NCBI GenBank assembly: GCA_001643675.2
Contig: LSRY02000044.1
Coordinates: 186,001-250,000 of the forward strand
Direction of reading: 5' to 3'
DNA: 64,000 bases
From: Monocercomonoides exilis PA203
Lineage: Eukaryota > Protista > Preaxostyla
Each line of letters opens with the position of its first letter. The stretch's first letter is position 1. Under the pieces are notes generated by a model, which saw only the letters and a program-made list of their open reading frames with translations, made no database searches and was not told the origin of the DNA. Both the position numbers and the translations under genes were made by a program. Of the stretch, positions 14,221 through 25,699 are shown piece after piece.

Positions 14221-14869
14221 TTTGTTCAATTATCATTCGATCTTTTTGGTTTTTTAATAAGAAACTTCTTCATTTCAGAAATTTTGTTCTTATGAGAATA
14301 TTTTTTTTTTTTTTTTGCTTCAATTAAATTGTAATCATTTTTGTTGAATGAACTTTGTTCTTTGTTATTCATAAACCATTTCATGCACATGGAATTTTGA
14401 ATAACCGTTTTTTAAATATGTTGAAATTTTTTGTTCAACATGAAGATGTTTTTTCACTATCATTATCCTGAGAAAAGTCTCGTTAGCTATAAGATTTGTC
14501 ATATTTCAAAGGTTAATACTGACAAAAAATCACTGATGATAACACCAAAACAAATAATACCATGAAAATTATTTGAAGTGAAGTTGCTTTGAGCGAAGTG
14601 GAGATTATGCTAAAGTGAACTTTGCATTCCAAAGAATAAAAAATTTGCTTTCTCTTCTTTTGTGTACTCAAGCGCTTCTCAGCTTCTATTAATGAATACG
14701 TTTGCTTGTGAGCTGTTTCATTTATAAGACAATCAGTAAATGTGAAAATAATATATGATAAGAGTTTGAATGAATTTGTTAAAGAATAGAAGCGGGGGAA
14801 ATGAAAAATATTTGATATTGATATGCAATTGCATATAAATAACAAACTTTCAGTCATCTTCGCTTGCTT

Positions 14870-15560
14870 CAATCGCTGCTTTCTTTGATACATAAATAAA
14901 TCGTTCTCATTCGTTCCAATCATCTTCAGCAGCATCGACGCCTTCAAAGTTCTTGCACTCAAACTCCCTTCGCTTCCATCTCCTTTTTTCAGTTCCCTGA
15001 ATTTATCTTTCGTCAACTTCCAGGACACGGAACTCGCTGCTTTTACGTTGAATGAATGGACTACTGCTTTGATACGATAAGCCTTCTAAGCGCATCGCAG
15101 CACACCAAATTTGGATGCTCTGCGATTGAAAACAACATGCACAAGACTGTTGCTGCTTCGAAATGCCAGTTGGTAAACAGTTCTATTATATCTCACTTGA
15201 GTTTGGAACCTATCGGCCCAATCTGTTTTAAAAAAATAGTAGAAATAAAATTAGCACAATAATGAATGAAAGTAGATAAATATGAGTTGAAAAAAGAAAA
15301 CGAAAAAAATGTATAATTGTAATAAAATATAGAATTACGTTGAAATTCTATTAAACAAAAGTTGCAAGCAAATAAAGGAAAGCATTTTGAAGCAGTCGTA
15401 TGTGAATATGAACAGCCTTAACGTTTTCTCATCCAAGTTTCCCACCCTCAGGATTATACTAATTCCCTCTCTAACACATTAGCCTCCCAAACCGCCAAGG
15501 TTAAGAACAACATGCGCAGATCGAGGCTCAAAAATAGATACATATGAAGCGACAGAAACT
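14870..15560 (-). pseudogene. Possible spliced gene relic
   Basis: Coding-like blocks separated by an AT-rich GTAATT...CAG segment (about 15223-15338, minus strand); stops occur within the blocks. Confidence 0.3.
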
Positions 15561-16767
15561 ACTCCCGATGGAGTGGTGGATTAGGAAACAGATGAAGATA
15601 AAGATGAGGAAGAAGTTGAACACAAAAAAGTTGGCTTTCTTTCCTTAAGGTGAAAGAAAGATGAAAGAATCGTATAGGGATGTGATTGAAAATTAGATGA
15701 ACTTTTCTTTGATTGAAAAAATAAGCTGATTAATCTTATCCTAGAAAAAATGGCAAAGTGGAATTATCATTAACATTGAAATTTGCTATTTTGACGTCAA
15801 ACTTATTTAGCTTTGAAACATGAGAATTAATAATTATCGTTTCTTACCTTGTTGTTCAACAATTCTCAAATATGAAGAAGGTCTTCTTTTTTTCGGCCAA
15901 GTTGAAAAAATCTCGTCAATGAAGAGATTGGAAAAGGAGAAGGAGAAAATTATATGTTTTCTTCAAAAATGTTGCTTGTAATGGATTGTCACCAGGAATG
16001 ACGCTCAACATAAAAAATGCTGTTTGCTGGAATGGAAAAATGATTATAAAATTCAAATAAATAATAAGTTTTGCATCGATTATAAAAATTCCTCAAAAAA
16101 ACACACACACCCTCCCTATCGCAAAAGAAGAAGATTGTCCAATCACTGAAGCAGCCAATCTCCTTTTCCATTGTTTCTCAGTGCTTCTTTCTCCATCATC
16201 CTTTTTTCTCCTTAAATATCTTTCTTTCTATGTTTTCATCGATTTTCCTCACAAAAAAATAATTTTTGCATTTTTCTTTCAAAGAGCCGTCCAATTGTTG
16301 TCATTCCATTTCGCTCTCATCCAAATGCTTCGAAATCGAATTTGTTTTTCGTCCCTTGTTCAAGTTGAATACAAAAAACTGCAATCCACATGTGCTGATT
16401 GTATCTTTGCATCAACCTTTCTTTTGGTATTCTGCTCAGTAAAGCAAAAGAATAATATTTCGATAACTTTCTCATTCGAAAATTCAAAAATGAAATTATG
16501 AATATTTCTTCATTTTCATTTCTCTCACAAAAGCAAGAGGTTAACAAACTGATTTACACAAAAAAAGAAATGGCACACACATTGAAATAGAATACATGAT
16601 TTTCAATTTCTTTTAACCGATGAATAATTATCTGGAACTGATTTTCATTGCTGATCAAAAAACAGACTCAGACAATTTCGAAAACAAATTTGCAATTTCA
16701 TTATCATATCTTAATTCTTCAAGAATTTTAATTGATTCGAAGAATTCACAAAAAAATTTGAAGGTGC

Positions 16768-19700
16768 GGCAAGTTCCAAATATGTGGACCATCGATAATA
16801 AACTTCTTTCACATTCTAAACGAAACAAAACGTTATATTAATTAATGCAAAATTCGTTTTATTTGTCGAAAATGCATTGTGACGAAGTATCAATTATTCA
16901 TTCGATCTTTCCCATAAAAATTTTCTTTTTTCCATTTTTTCTTTTTTTCTCAAAATTGAAGGCTGGGAACTGTATCATCTCAAATCAAAAAATTTAATAG
17001 ATTAATTTTATTATTATTTGCTTCAAATTTTTTGATGAATATTCGCATCATCATTTTTGGCTGTTTTTATTCAAAACAAATAAAATCATAATGTTTTATT
17101 TCAATTTGATTGATTTCTCTAAGAAAATTTTGGATATGAATTTCACTATTTGAATGCGCATTGTTGCAACGGATATATGCGAAATATAAGATTTGTTTCA
17201 AAATTTTGAATTGAATGCCATTCAAGTGAAAATTTTGTATCATTGAAATGAATGTTTTCAGTTTCTGTGGCTTGGTGCGTATCCAAGAAACATTCAAAGA
17301 CTGCTAACGGTTAAAATGACGACTTTTATTTGTTGATTAAATGCTTCAACCTCAAAAAAACAATTGAAATAACAAATAAAAAAAAGCTCGTTGTTGTTAA
17401 CACCAAGAAAAAGAAAAAAATCATAGTAACAAGCCAAATCACATGACTTCATTAACAAAAAAGTTATTTTTTTAACACAAGAACTTTTTGAAAAGAATTT
17501 TCGTTTCAATACAGCCAAACATCGCTGAGTTTTTCCAGCCTAACTTCCCCTAACCATCAATCCTTCTCGTTCTTCCCTTTCTCTGATGACACAAATATCC
17601 GCTCTGACTTGTAGAACACAATAAATGGCACCAAATCAATCGGCTCCTCCTCCACTTTGTCCAACCCGAAGATCGCATTATTTCTGTCAAAGGCCAACTC
17701 ACTGAAGTCCATCACAAACAGTGCCTCGTTGATCTGCTCAGCAATCGATCGGCAGACAATGAAAAGATCCTTCCCCACACTCGCTCTGTTCAAAGAAAAC
17801 CGAATCAGCCGAAATTTGATTGGCAGCGCCTTCGCTTTCTTCGAAGATTGTGCATCTAAATCTTCTGGATCGTCCATGCAGTTCAATGCAATTGCGCCTC
17901 CTCTGCCTTCACTTGTTGAGCACGCACATGTCACAAAAGACGACAGATTCGCCAGCACACTGCCTTCATTTGCCCAGCTGTCAGCCAGCCCGCACGCCTT
18001 CTCCTTCATCCACACACAAAACGCCCCTCCCAGCTGAGACTCGCTGTTGCAGTCGCTGAATGTCGAGTTGTCCATCGTCAGCTCCACAGACAGCGCGCTC
18101 TCATAAGAAATGATCGACGACTTCGCGTTTGTGCTGTGGATGAGATGCCACTGAAGATTCTCCAGTCTGATTTCGCTCGCTTCTTTGCTCACTTTCGTTT
18201 CTTTGCCATTCCCTGATAAGATTGATTCCTCATCTCCCTTCTCTTCCGCATCACCCACAGAAATAAACGATCCATCTGCAAAATTCAGAACATCAACAGA
18301 AAACGCGCTTGCCACAAAATGTGCAGCTGGCGCAGCAAGCCGGATGGCTGATGTCGCAAAGGAGAGCTCGGCCATTTTGGACTCTTCAATCGAAAGTGTC
18401 CCCGACGAAACATGGAAAAGCACAAACGCAATGCCTTCTTCTGCTGTCTGCATCGCAAAGGAGCATTTGCTAAGCGTGGCTGTTCCTGTCTCAGTGAAAA
18501 GAAGTTCCTTTTGCGATGTTTCGAAAGACGAAGGAAGGCAGAAGTTGATGGAGGTGAAGATGAGCATAAGCTTGTTTGTGAGCACAGCCTCAGAAGGCTC
18601 AGAAAGAGATTGAATAGCTTTTCCCACATTGATTGTGCATTCATCTGAGGAAGGCTCATCAGAAGAGGAAGAGGAAGAAGAAGAATAACTAGGAGAAGAA
18701 GGAACAGCTGGGCTTATTGAGCTGTTTGAAAGGTCCCACTCGTCTGAAATGGCAGCACTTGTGTTGATTTTGATTTCTCTGAACTGAATTCCTTCTCTGA
18801 AATGCCTCATCCCTTCCCAAAACGACAGACAAGGCTCCTTTTCTGATCCGCACCCGTGGATGTCTCTTCCACTCGACGACACAACAACATAAGTGTCTGT
18901 GTGCTCAAACAGCAGCTTGTCCAAAGATATGCCTTCTGTAAAGTTCACTTTGTCTGCCCCAAAGAAAGCATTTGTGTTTTTCCATTCAGTCCAATCAAAC
19001 ATCAACCTTCCAATAACAACTGAAGAATTTAAATCGGAGCTCAATATGAACACGTTTTTGCCAACAAATGCTTCATTCTCAGAAAACACCAAATCAGACA
19101 AAGAAAATCCATCGATCGAGTTGCAGCAGCTCAGATACAAAAACCATCCTCTTCCTTTAAAAGTGGAACAAACGCAAACAATTCAGAATTCACACCATTC
19201 CTCAGATCATTCGCCACAATGAACATGTCTTTTCCCTATTGTGCCTTGTTTCCTCCAACACTTATCTCTGAAAATGAATATCTGTCATTGTTGTCTGTTG
19301 CACATGTCAAATAGATTCCTCCCCCACATCCTTCAGAACTGCTGCAGATGCTGTTCGTCACTCCCACATTCCTCATCTTCAGCTGTCCATCTGCCCCTTT
19401 CAGCTCAAAAGACATCGCTCCTCCCTTTTTGAATCCTTCTGAGCCGAGCGCTTAATACGTGCAACAACTTCTGCTTCGTTGATGTTCTGAAGAGAGAATA
19501 TCGAAGAACACGGATTTGATTATCCATTGTTGACGCTGCAGAATAAAATAAATTACAACAGAAGAACAGCTGAAAAAATATCTTCTTTTTCTTTATCGTT
19601 AATTGATTTTTTCACAAAAAAGAATTAAGCAAATTATTTGACATACGAATATATGAGAATTTGAGAAAGCTTTGGTATCAAAATTATCGTGAGCTTCAAT

Positions 19701-20180
19701 GTCATCATTGAATTCAATGTTAAATTGATTATAACATTTTTCATTATAACAAAAAAATATAATTTACAAAAAACAGTGCGCTTTTGAAAATTGATAATCG
19801 ATTTGAAGTTATCTATGTTAGCACACACTTCTGTGCTCGAAATAACCTGTGCAAAATCCACAACTCAACTGTGATTTTTCAGTTCGAAAAAACACGAAAA
19901 AATATGTGAAAAGAAAACGTTTTTGTGTTTCTCAAAATATGAGAACAACAAAAACGACCATGTGAAAACATCACATAGAAACGGAAATGAATGAAACAAA
20001 AAATAAAAAAACCAGGAAAAAAGAAAATTTTTATGGGAAAGATCGAATGAATAATTGATACTTCGTCACAATGCATTTTCGACAAATAAAACGAATTTTG
20101 CATTAATTAATATAACGTTTTGTTTCGTTTAGAATGTGAAAGAAGTTTATTATCGATGGTCCACATATTTGGAACTTGCC
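16768..20180. mobile_element. 166-bp inverted repeat pair (16768-16933 and 20015-20180) enclosing a receptor gene fragment; putative cargo-carrying non-autonomous transposon
   Basis: ggcaagttccaaatatgtggaccatcg...ttttcttttttcc and its reverse complement ending catatttggaacttgcc. No target-site duplication found. Confidence 0.65.
17557..19520 (-). pseudogene. Internal stalk fragment of a Pmp-like receptor (527-aa ORF 17557-19140 plus broken upstream part)
   Basis: Motifs GKNVFI, SGRDIHGCGSEKEPCLS, GGAF, GRGGAI and GKDLFIVC match the full genes. Upstream GGAM/GGGIYL/GKDMFI segment has a stop and a frame break. No signal peptide, TM helix or kinase part. Confidence 0.8.
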
Positions 20181-20265
20181 CTCTCAACAAACAAAAAATG
20201 AACCAGAAACCTCCTTTATCTTCCGTGCATTCATAAGTCAAGCCTGATGAAATTATTCTATTATA

Positions 20266-22468
20266 CCATTAGTGCCAAACCCGGAACCTGGTGCCAAACC
20301 CGGAACTGGCAAATTTTTGTGAAATTTGAAAAAATTTATAACTCATTGTTCATTAAGTCCACAGAGCTCGCTTTCGGGTCATTACTATATTTATTTTTAT
20401 TTGCTAATATTTTTCTAATAAATACACAAAAATGCACATATTTATTTAAAATGTTATATTTGTCATATTTTTGAAAATTACTATTTCTGAGATCGCTGCA
20501 GAAAAAGAAAATCATCGAATCGAGCTTATTTTAATATCTATGAGTAAAAGATCAAACATATGGGAATTTTGATTCGTTATTCGTTTGATGAAACATTTTT
20601 CATTGATTAGATCAATAACCATAAAGATGTGAAAGCAATTGGCATACTTGACTGCAGCTTAGAGAAGAAGTTTGCTTTGAATATTTCAAGAAGGTTTTAA
20701 AAATATTGTGTCTTTTATTTAATTTACAACAATTTTTTTAGTGAATGCACTTGTCAGAACCATGCTTTGATTGGGGTGTGTTTTTTTGGGGAGCAGGCTT
20801 TCAAAAAGTTTGATTACAGTTTGCTGTTTCTCAATTGTTGTATATTTTACAATTTTTTGTTTTGCGCAATTATTTGATTCTTCAAAAGCTAGTTTTTGAA
20901 TGTTTTGTTTGACGCACATATTTGCTTGATTTTATCATTGTAAAGAATGTTACTGCATTTATATCTTCAGATATCTGTGCTGTAAACATTAACTACTATT
21001 TAATGTCAATTTTTTGAAAAGCAGAAATATATCTTTATCGATATTTTTAATATTTATTATTTTTAATAATTCTGTTATTTTTTTGAAAGATATTCATTTT
21101 ACATGTTAATTTTGATGGAATCTGTTAAGCACTTATTTATTGAATTTACTACATTTTTTTCATAATATTTTTATTTGTATTTAATGAATAACACAACAGA
21201 ATTATCTTATATAAATTTTGAGTGTTTTTAATATTTATATAAATATTTATGTAAATTTACATTTTTTGAATTTTTTATTAACACATAAAACATTTTGCAT
21301 AGCAATAGCTGTATATGCAATTTAAAATATTCTGTAAGAAAAACATTTTCCAATTTGCTCAGTTAGTAAATAAGTATTATGCGCTATCGATGAACACGAT
21401 TTAAATAAAGATAAGTTTTCATTATTCACTTTCAGTCCGTAATTTAAAATCAAATTAAATCTCGCATAAATATTGTTAAATACGAATTGATTGAAATAAA
21501 TATCAAAAACACTCAAAATTTATATAAGATAATTCTGTTGTGTTATTCATTAAATACAAATAAAAATATTATGAAAAAAATGTAGTAAATTCAATAAATA
21601 AGTGCTTAACAGATTCCATCAAAATTAACATGTAAAATGAATATCTTTCAAAAAAATAACAGAATTATTAAAAATAATAAATATTAAAAATATCGATAAA
21701 GATATATTTCTGCTTTTCAAAAAATTGACATTAAATAGTAGTTAATGTTTACAGCACAGATATCTGAAGATATAAATGCAGTAACATTCTTTACAATGAT
21801 AAAATCAAGCAAATATGTGCGTCAAACAAAACATTCAAAAACTAGCTTTTGAAGAATCAAATAATTGCGCAAAACAAAAAATTGTAAAATATACAACAAT
21901 TGAGAAACAGCAAACTGTAATCAAACTTTTTGAAAGCCTGCTCCCCAAAAAAACACACCCCAATCAAAGCATGGTTCTGACAAGTGCATTCACTAAAAAA
22001 ATTGTTGTAAATTAAATAAAAGACACAATATTTTTAAAACCTTCTTGAAATATTCAAAGCAAACTTCTTCTCTAAGCTGCAGTCAAGTATGCCAATTGCT
22101 TTCACATCTTTATGGTTATTGATCTAATCAATGAAAAATGTTTCATCAAACGAATAACGAATCAAAATTCCCATATGTTTGATCTTTTACTCATAGATAT
22201 TAAAATAAGCTCGATTCGATGATTTTCTTTTTCTGCAGCGATCTCAGAAATAGTAATTTTCAAAAATATGACAAATATAACATTTTAAATAAATATGTGC
22301 ATTTTTGTGTATTTATTAGAAAAATATTAGCAAATAAAAATAAATATAGTAATGACCCGAAAGCGAGCTCTGTGGACTTAATGAACAATGAGTTATAAAT
22401 TTTTTCAAATTTCACAAAAATTTGCCAGTTCCGGGTTTGGCACCAGGTTCCGGGTTTGGCACTAATGG
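20266..22468. mobile_element. 2.2-kb foldback element: about 965-bp inverted arms, 275-bp spacer, TA flanks, doubled 16-bp subterminal motif
   Basis: TA|ccattagtgccaaacccggaacctggtgccaaacccggaac ... gttccgggtttggcactaatgg|TA. Arms 20263-21229 and 21505-22471; mirror ORF pairs in the track confirm the symmetry. Confidence 0.9.
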
Positions 22469-22569
22469 TATTGCGGTATAATTTCACATAGGTGACATTT
22501 CTGTATCATATCGTATTTTTGTCCAACAAATAGCTATTCACATATAAATAAAAATAGTTAGCTTAGATT

Positions 22570-23603
22570 ATGACTGAAGCCAATCCCTCTGAGAGTGTTA
22601 TGGATGTACACCTCTACAACACGGAGAAGGTGATTGCGTGAAAAGAGCTGTCTTTGAACCAGTTGAGTAACGCGTTTACCCGCGAGCTTACACCTGACGA
22701 TGACACATTCAACCGCTACGATGGCCTGCTCTTCACAGAGGCTGGTATGCGCTTGCTGCGGAATCTGCTTAATTTGCCTTTCAATTTGTGTGCTGCTCCG
22801 CTGGGAAGCAAGACGTTTTGAAGATTGCGTTGCAAACGTTGAGTTTCACCGATGAGCATGCTGCGTTTGAGATCGGGCGAGGAGCAGAGACGACTGCGAT
22901 GCATTTTTTGGAACAGGTGCTAATCTGCGAGGTGAATATGCAGATTCAGTCAATCGTGCTTCAGAATGAAGGAGGGACAAGCGTTGGCTGCTAACTCAAC
23001 CTGACTGAAGTGAAGCGTCTGAATGCGTCTGCGACTTATTTCCCTCTGTTTTAGTGTTCTGTCACGAGAGGGATTGTGCAGGTGTGTGAAAAGCAGACGA
23101 TATACCGGAGCTTCCATCAGCTGATGCAATGGGGATATTTGGTTAGGATTCTCGTAAAGTTGGGAAGCAGATACAGCTCTATGAGTGAGATGAACGAGAA
23201 TGTTGGAGGAGGAGGAAGTTATGGAACAGAAGGTGTCACACACATGGAGCAAGCATCGCAAGTGTTGCTGGCGGGAGAAGGCTTCATTTCGTTAAAAGGC
23301 ACAGAGCCGTTTGTTGATGAGAAAATGACAATAATTCCAGCTTTTCTTTTTCAACTTTCTGTTCAGCAATATTTATTGAAGCATGAGCGAATTGACTTTA
23401 TGAGAATGGAATGTTGGAGCATGGAGCGGAGGCTGGTGCACATGGCGTATCTACGTGCTAGGCTGCATCTAGCGCTGCAGAAGATGGAGAAAGAGAAAGG
23501 AGAGAAGAGAGGCATCCTGTTTGACTGGAAAAAGAGCCATCAGCTGATCAAGAAGCAGATTTTGACGATTCAGCCGATCAAAGAAAAAATTGCAGTGGGA
23601 TAA
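22570..23603 (+). pseudogene. Broken coding region, unknown product
   Basis: Coding-like sequence from ATG 22570 with stops and frameshifts, ending in the 175-aa ORF 23076-23603. Confidence 0.4.

Positions 23604-23605
<2 letters not shown>

Positions 23606-23641
<36 letters not shown>
23606..23641. repeat. (GT)18 microsatellite
   Basis: Directly visible. Confidence 0.97.
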
Positions 23642-23642
<1 letters not shown>

Positions 23643-23730
23643 GTGGAGCTGCATGCACTGACAGCTGCACAAGTTGTGGACTCTTCACTTCAGTGTAACA
23701 CCAGAAAATAGATCTTTGCATCATCAATCA

Positions 23731-23982
23731 TCTTCTTCATTCTTCTTCATTCTTATATTTTCTTCTTCTATCTTCTTCTTTCTTCTTCTTTCTTCTTCTT
23801 TCTTTTTCTTTATTCTTTTTTATTCTTCTTTTTTCTTCTTTCTTTTTCTTTCTTCTTCAATATTCTTCTTTCTTATATTTTCTTCTTCTTTCTTATATTT
23901 TCTTCTTCTTTCTTCTTCATTCTTCTTCTTTATTCTTCATTCTTCTTCATTCTTCTTCTTTATTCTTCTTTATTCTTCTTCT
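23731..23982. repeat. Pyrimidine-rich minisatellite with 10-bp period (TCTTCTTCWT) and 30-bp higher order
   Basis: Units such as tcttcttcat tcttcttctt tattcttctt recur in register. Confidence 0.85.
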
Positions 23983-24480
23983 TAAATACAGTTTGCTTCT
24001 GAAACCTGAAAATTATTAAGATAAAGCCCTCTTCCAGCGCCACTTGCTTTGCATTTCTGGAACTTGCAACCACTGATCCTGACACACGAAGTAATATAAT
24101 AAGCATACATTCCTCCTCCATAATCTTTTTGAGCGGTACAAGAATCAAATGTGTTATTTGCAATCTCAACAGACTTTATATTGATGCAATTTGTTCCGCC
24201 GCCTGCATAATGAGCATAGCAGTTGCTGAAATAGCAATGAGAAACAGACACAGAGGTGTTTGATTGACTGTACATGCACATAGCTCCATCACTTGGTACT
24301 CCGTCAATATTTGAGTTATTGTTTCCAGTTATCTTTATCCACTCCACTCGCACCAAGTGAATGTATTCTGTTCATGTTCTGTAATGTTTTGTCTCCAGAG
24401 ATTTAAATAATAATTTTCAGTTCCAGTAAATTACTGTTTCTATTCCGATAATATCCGATAAGCGAGGTGCTTGGAACAGC
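23982..24480 (-). pseudogene. Orphan, frameshifted copy of the receptor variable head domain
   Basis: HCYFSNCYAHYAGGG...NNTFDSCTAQKDYGGGMYAYYITSCVRISGCKFQKCKASGAGRGLYL aligns residue by residue with both full genes; an upstream frame gives RQNITEHEQNTFTWCEWSG. Confidence 0.9.
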
Positions 24481-25699
24481 AAAAGAGGATAAATGAGTAA
24501 AAAAGAAATAAATCTTTTATTGATGATTTTGAACCCAACAGAGTGTGCAACGCTGCAAATTCTTCCGATGAATAGCAATGGAAGTGATCCAATAGTGCGT
24601 GTGCCGATTGTTATAACAAGAAAATGAATGATTCCTTTGTTTTTTATTAATTCTTTGTATTTATTCAAAAAGAGATAAATGGAAAAAAGAAAGAAAAAAT
24701 GAACACAAAATATTTGAGTGCTGAAAAAAATGACAAAACAGGAAAAATGTTTTTGGCATGCAACTGGATTCATTGTGAAAAAAAATGAAAAAAAACTTTC
24801 AGATTTACAAATAAATATTATGGATATGCTTTTAAAAAATGATTTTTATGTGTTTTTGATATCACATCTTTAACATTAACAACTTTCATTCAAAAACAAT
24901 TTATTTCCGAGTTTTTTTATTAAAAAATATTTTCAAATTTTTATATTTTATTTTGATCAATTCTCGAACGATTTTATGATCTCATAAATAATTACTCATA
25001 TAACTTTTTTCTTATATTTTTGTTAACATACACCAAACTTCACTGATATAGAATCTGTATCTTGATAATGCTATTTCAAATATTCTTGAGGAGATTCATG
25101 AGTCGAAACAGAAATTTGAGTTAAATGTGAAAATTTTGATTTCTTTGAAAAAAAGACTTTTTCGACTTTTCAAAAAAAAAAAAATAACCTATTTTTTAAG
25201 AAAATTGTTTCCTTTTCATTTTTTTCATTTCTTCTCTTTTTTTTATTGTTTTCTTTTCTTCACTTTCATTTTATTTGAAAATAATGTTTATCGAACTTGT
25301 TAAAAATGAAAATAAAAATGAACAATTAAGATAACGAAATTTACATAAATTCGAAAATTATACATGCTCAATAATTAAAAAAAAACAATTATTTTTTCAA
25401 TTTTCAATGAATTTTTTTCGATTTTGTGAAAAAAATTTTCGATATTATCATATATATAAGGTATTTTTTTTGAAAATATTTTAACAAAAGGGAGTTTGTT
25501 AAAACTTCTGCTTATCTCAACTGAAGAATCCTTCCACACAGACGAATCAAAAATGTGTGAATATCTTTGAACAGCATTTTCTGCATTTCAACATCAATAA
25601 TAAAATATTATATGTTAAAAAATTATTCTAAATTGCATGGTTATTCAAACTGTGTTGGTGTTGCGTGCTGAAAAACACTGAATCTACTCAAAAATAAAT

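Noticed and set aside
20247-22487. Mirror ORFs in the foldback arms as a transposase
   Set aside because: Only 66-75 aa, AT-rich, no DDE or HTH motif; they reflect the symmetry.
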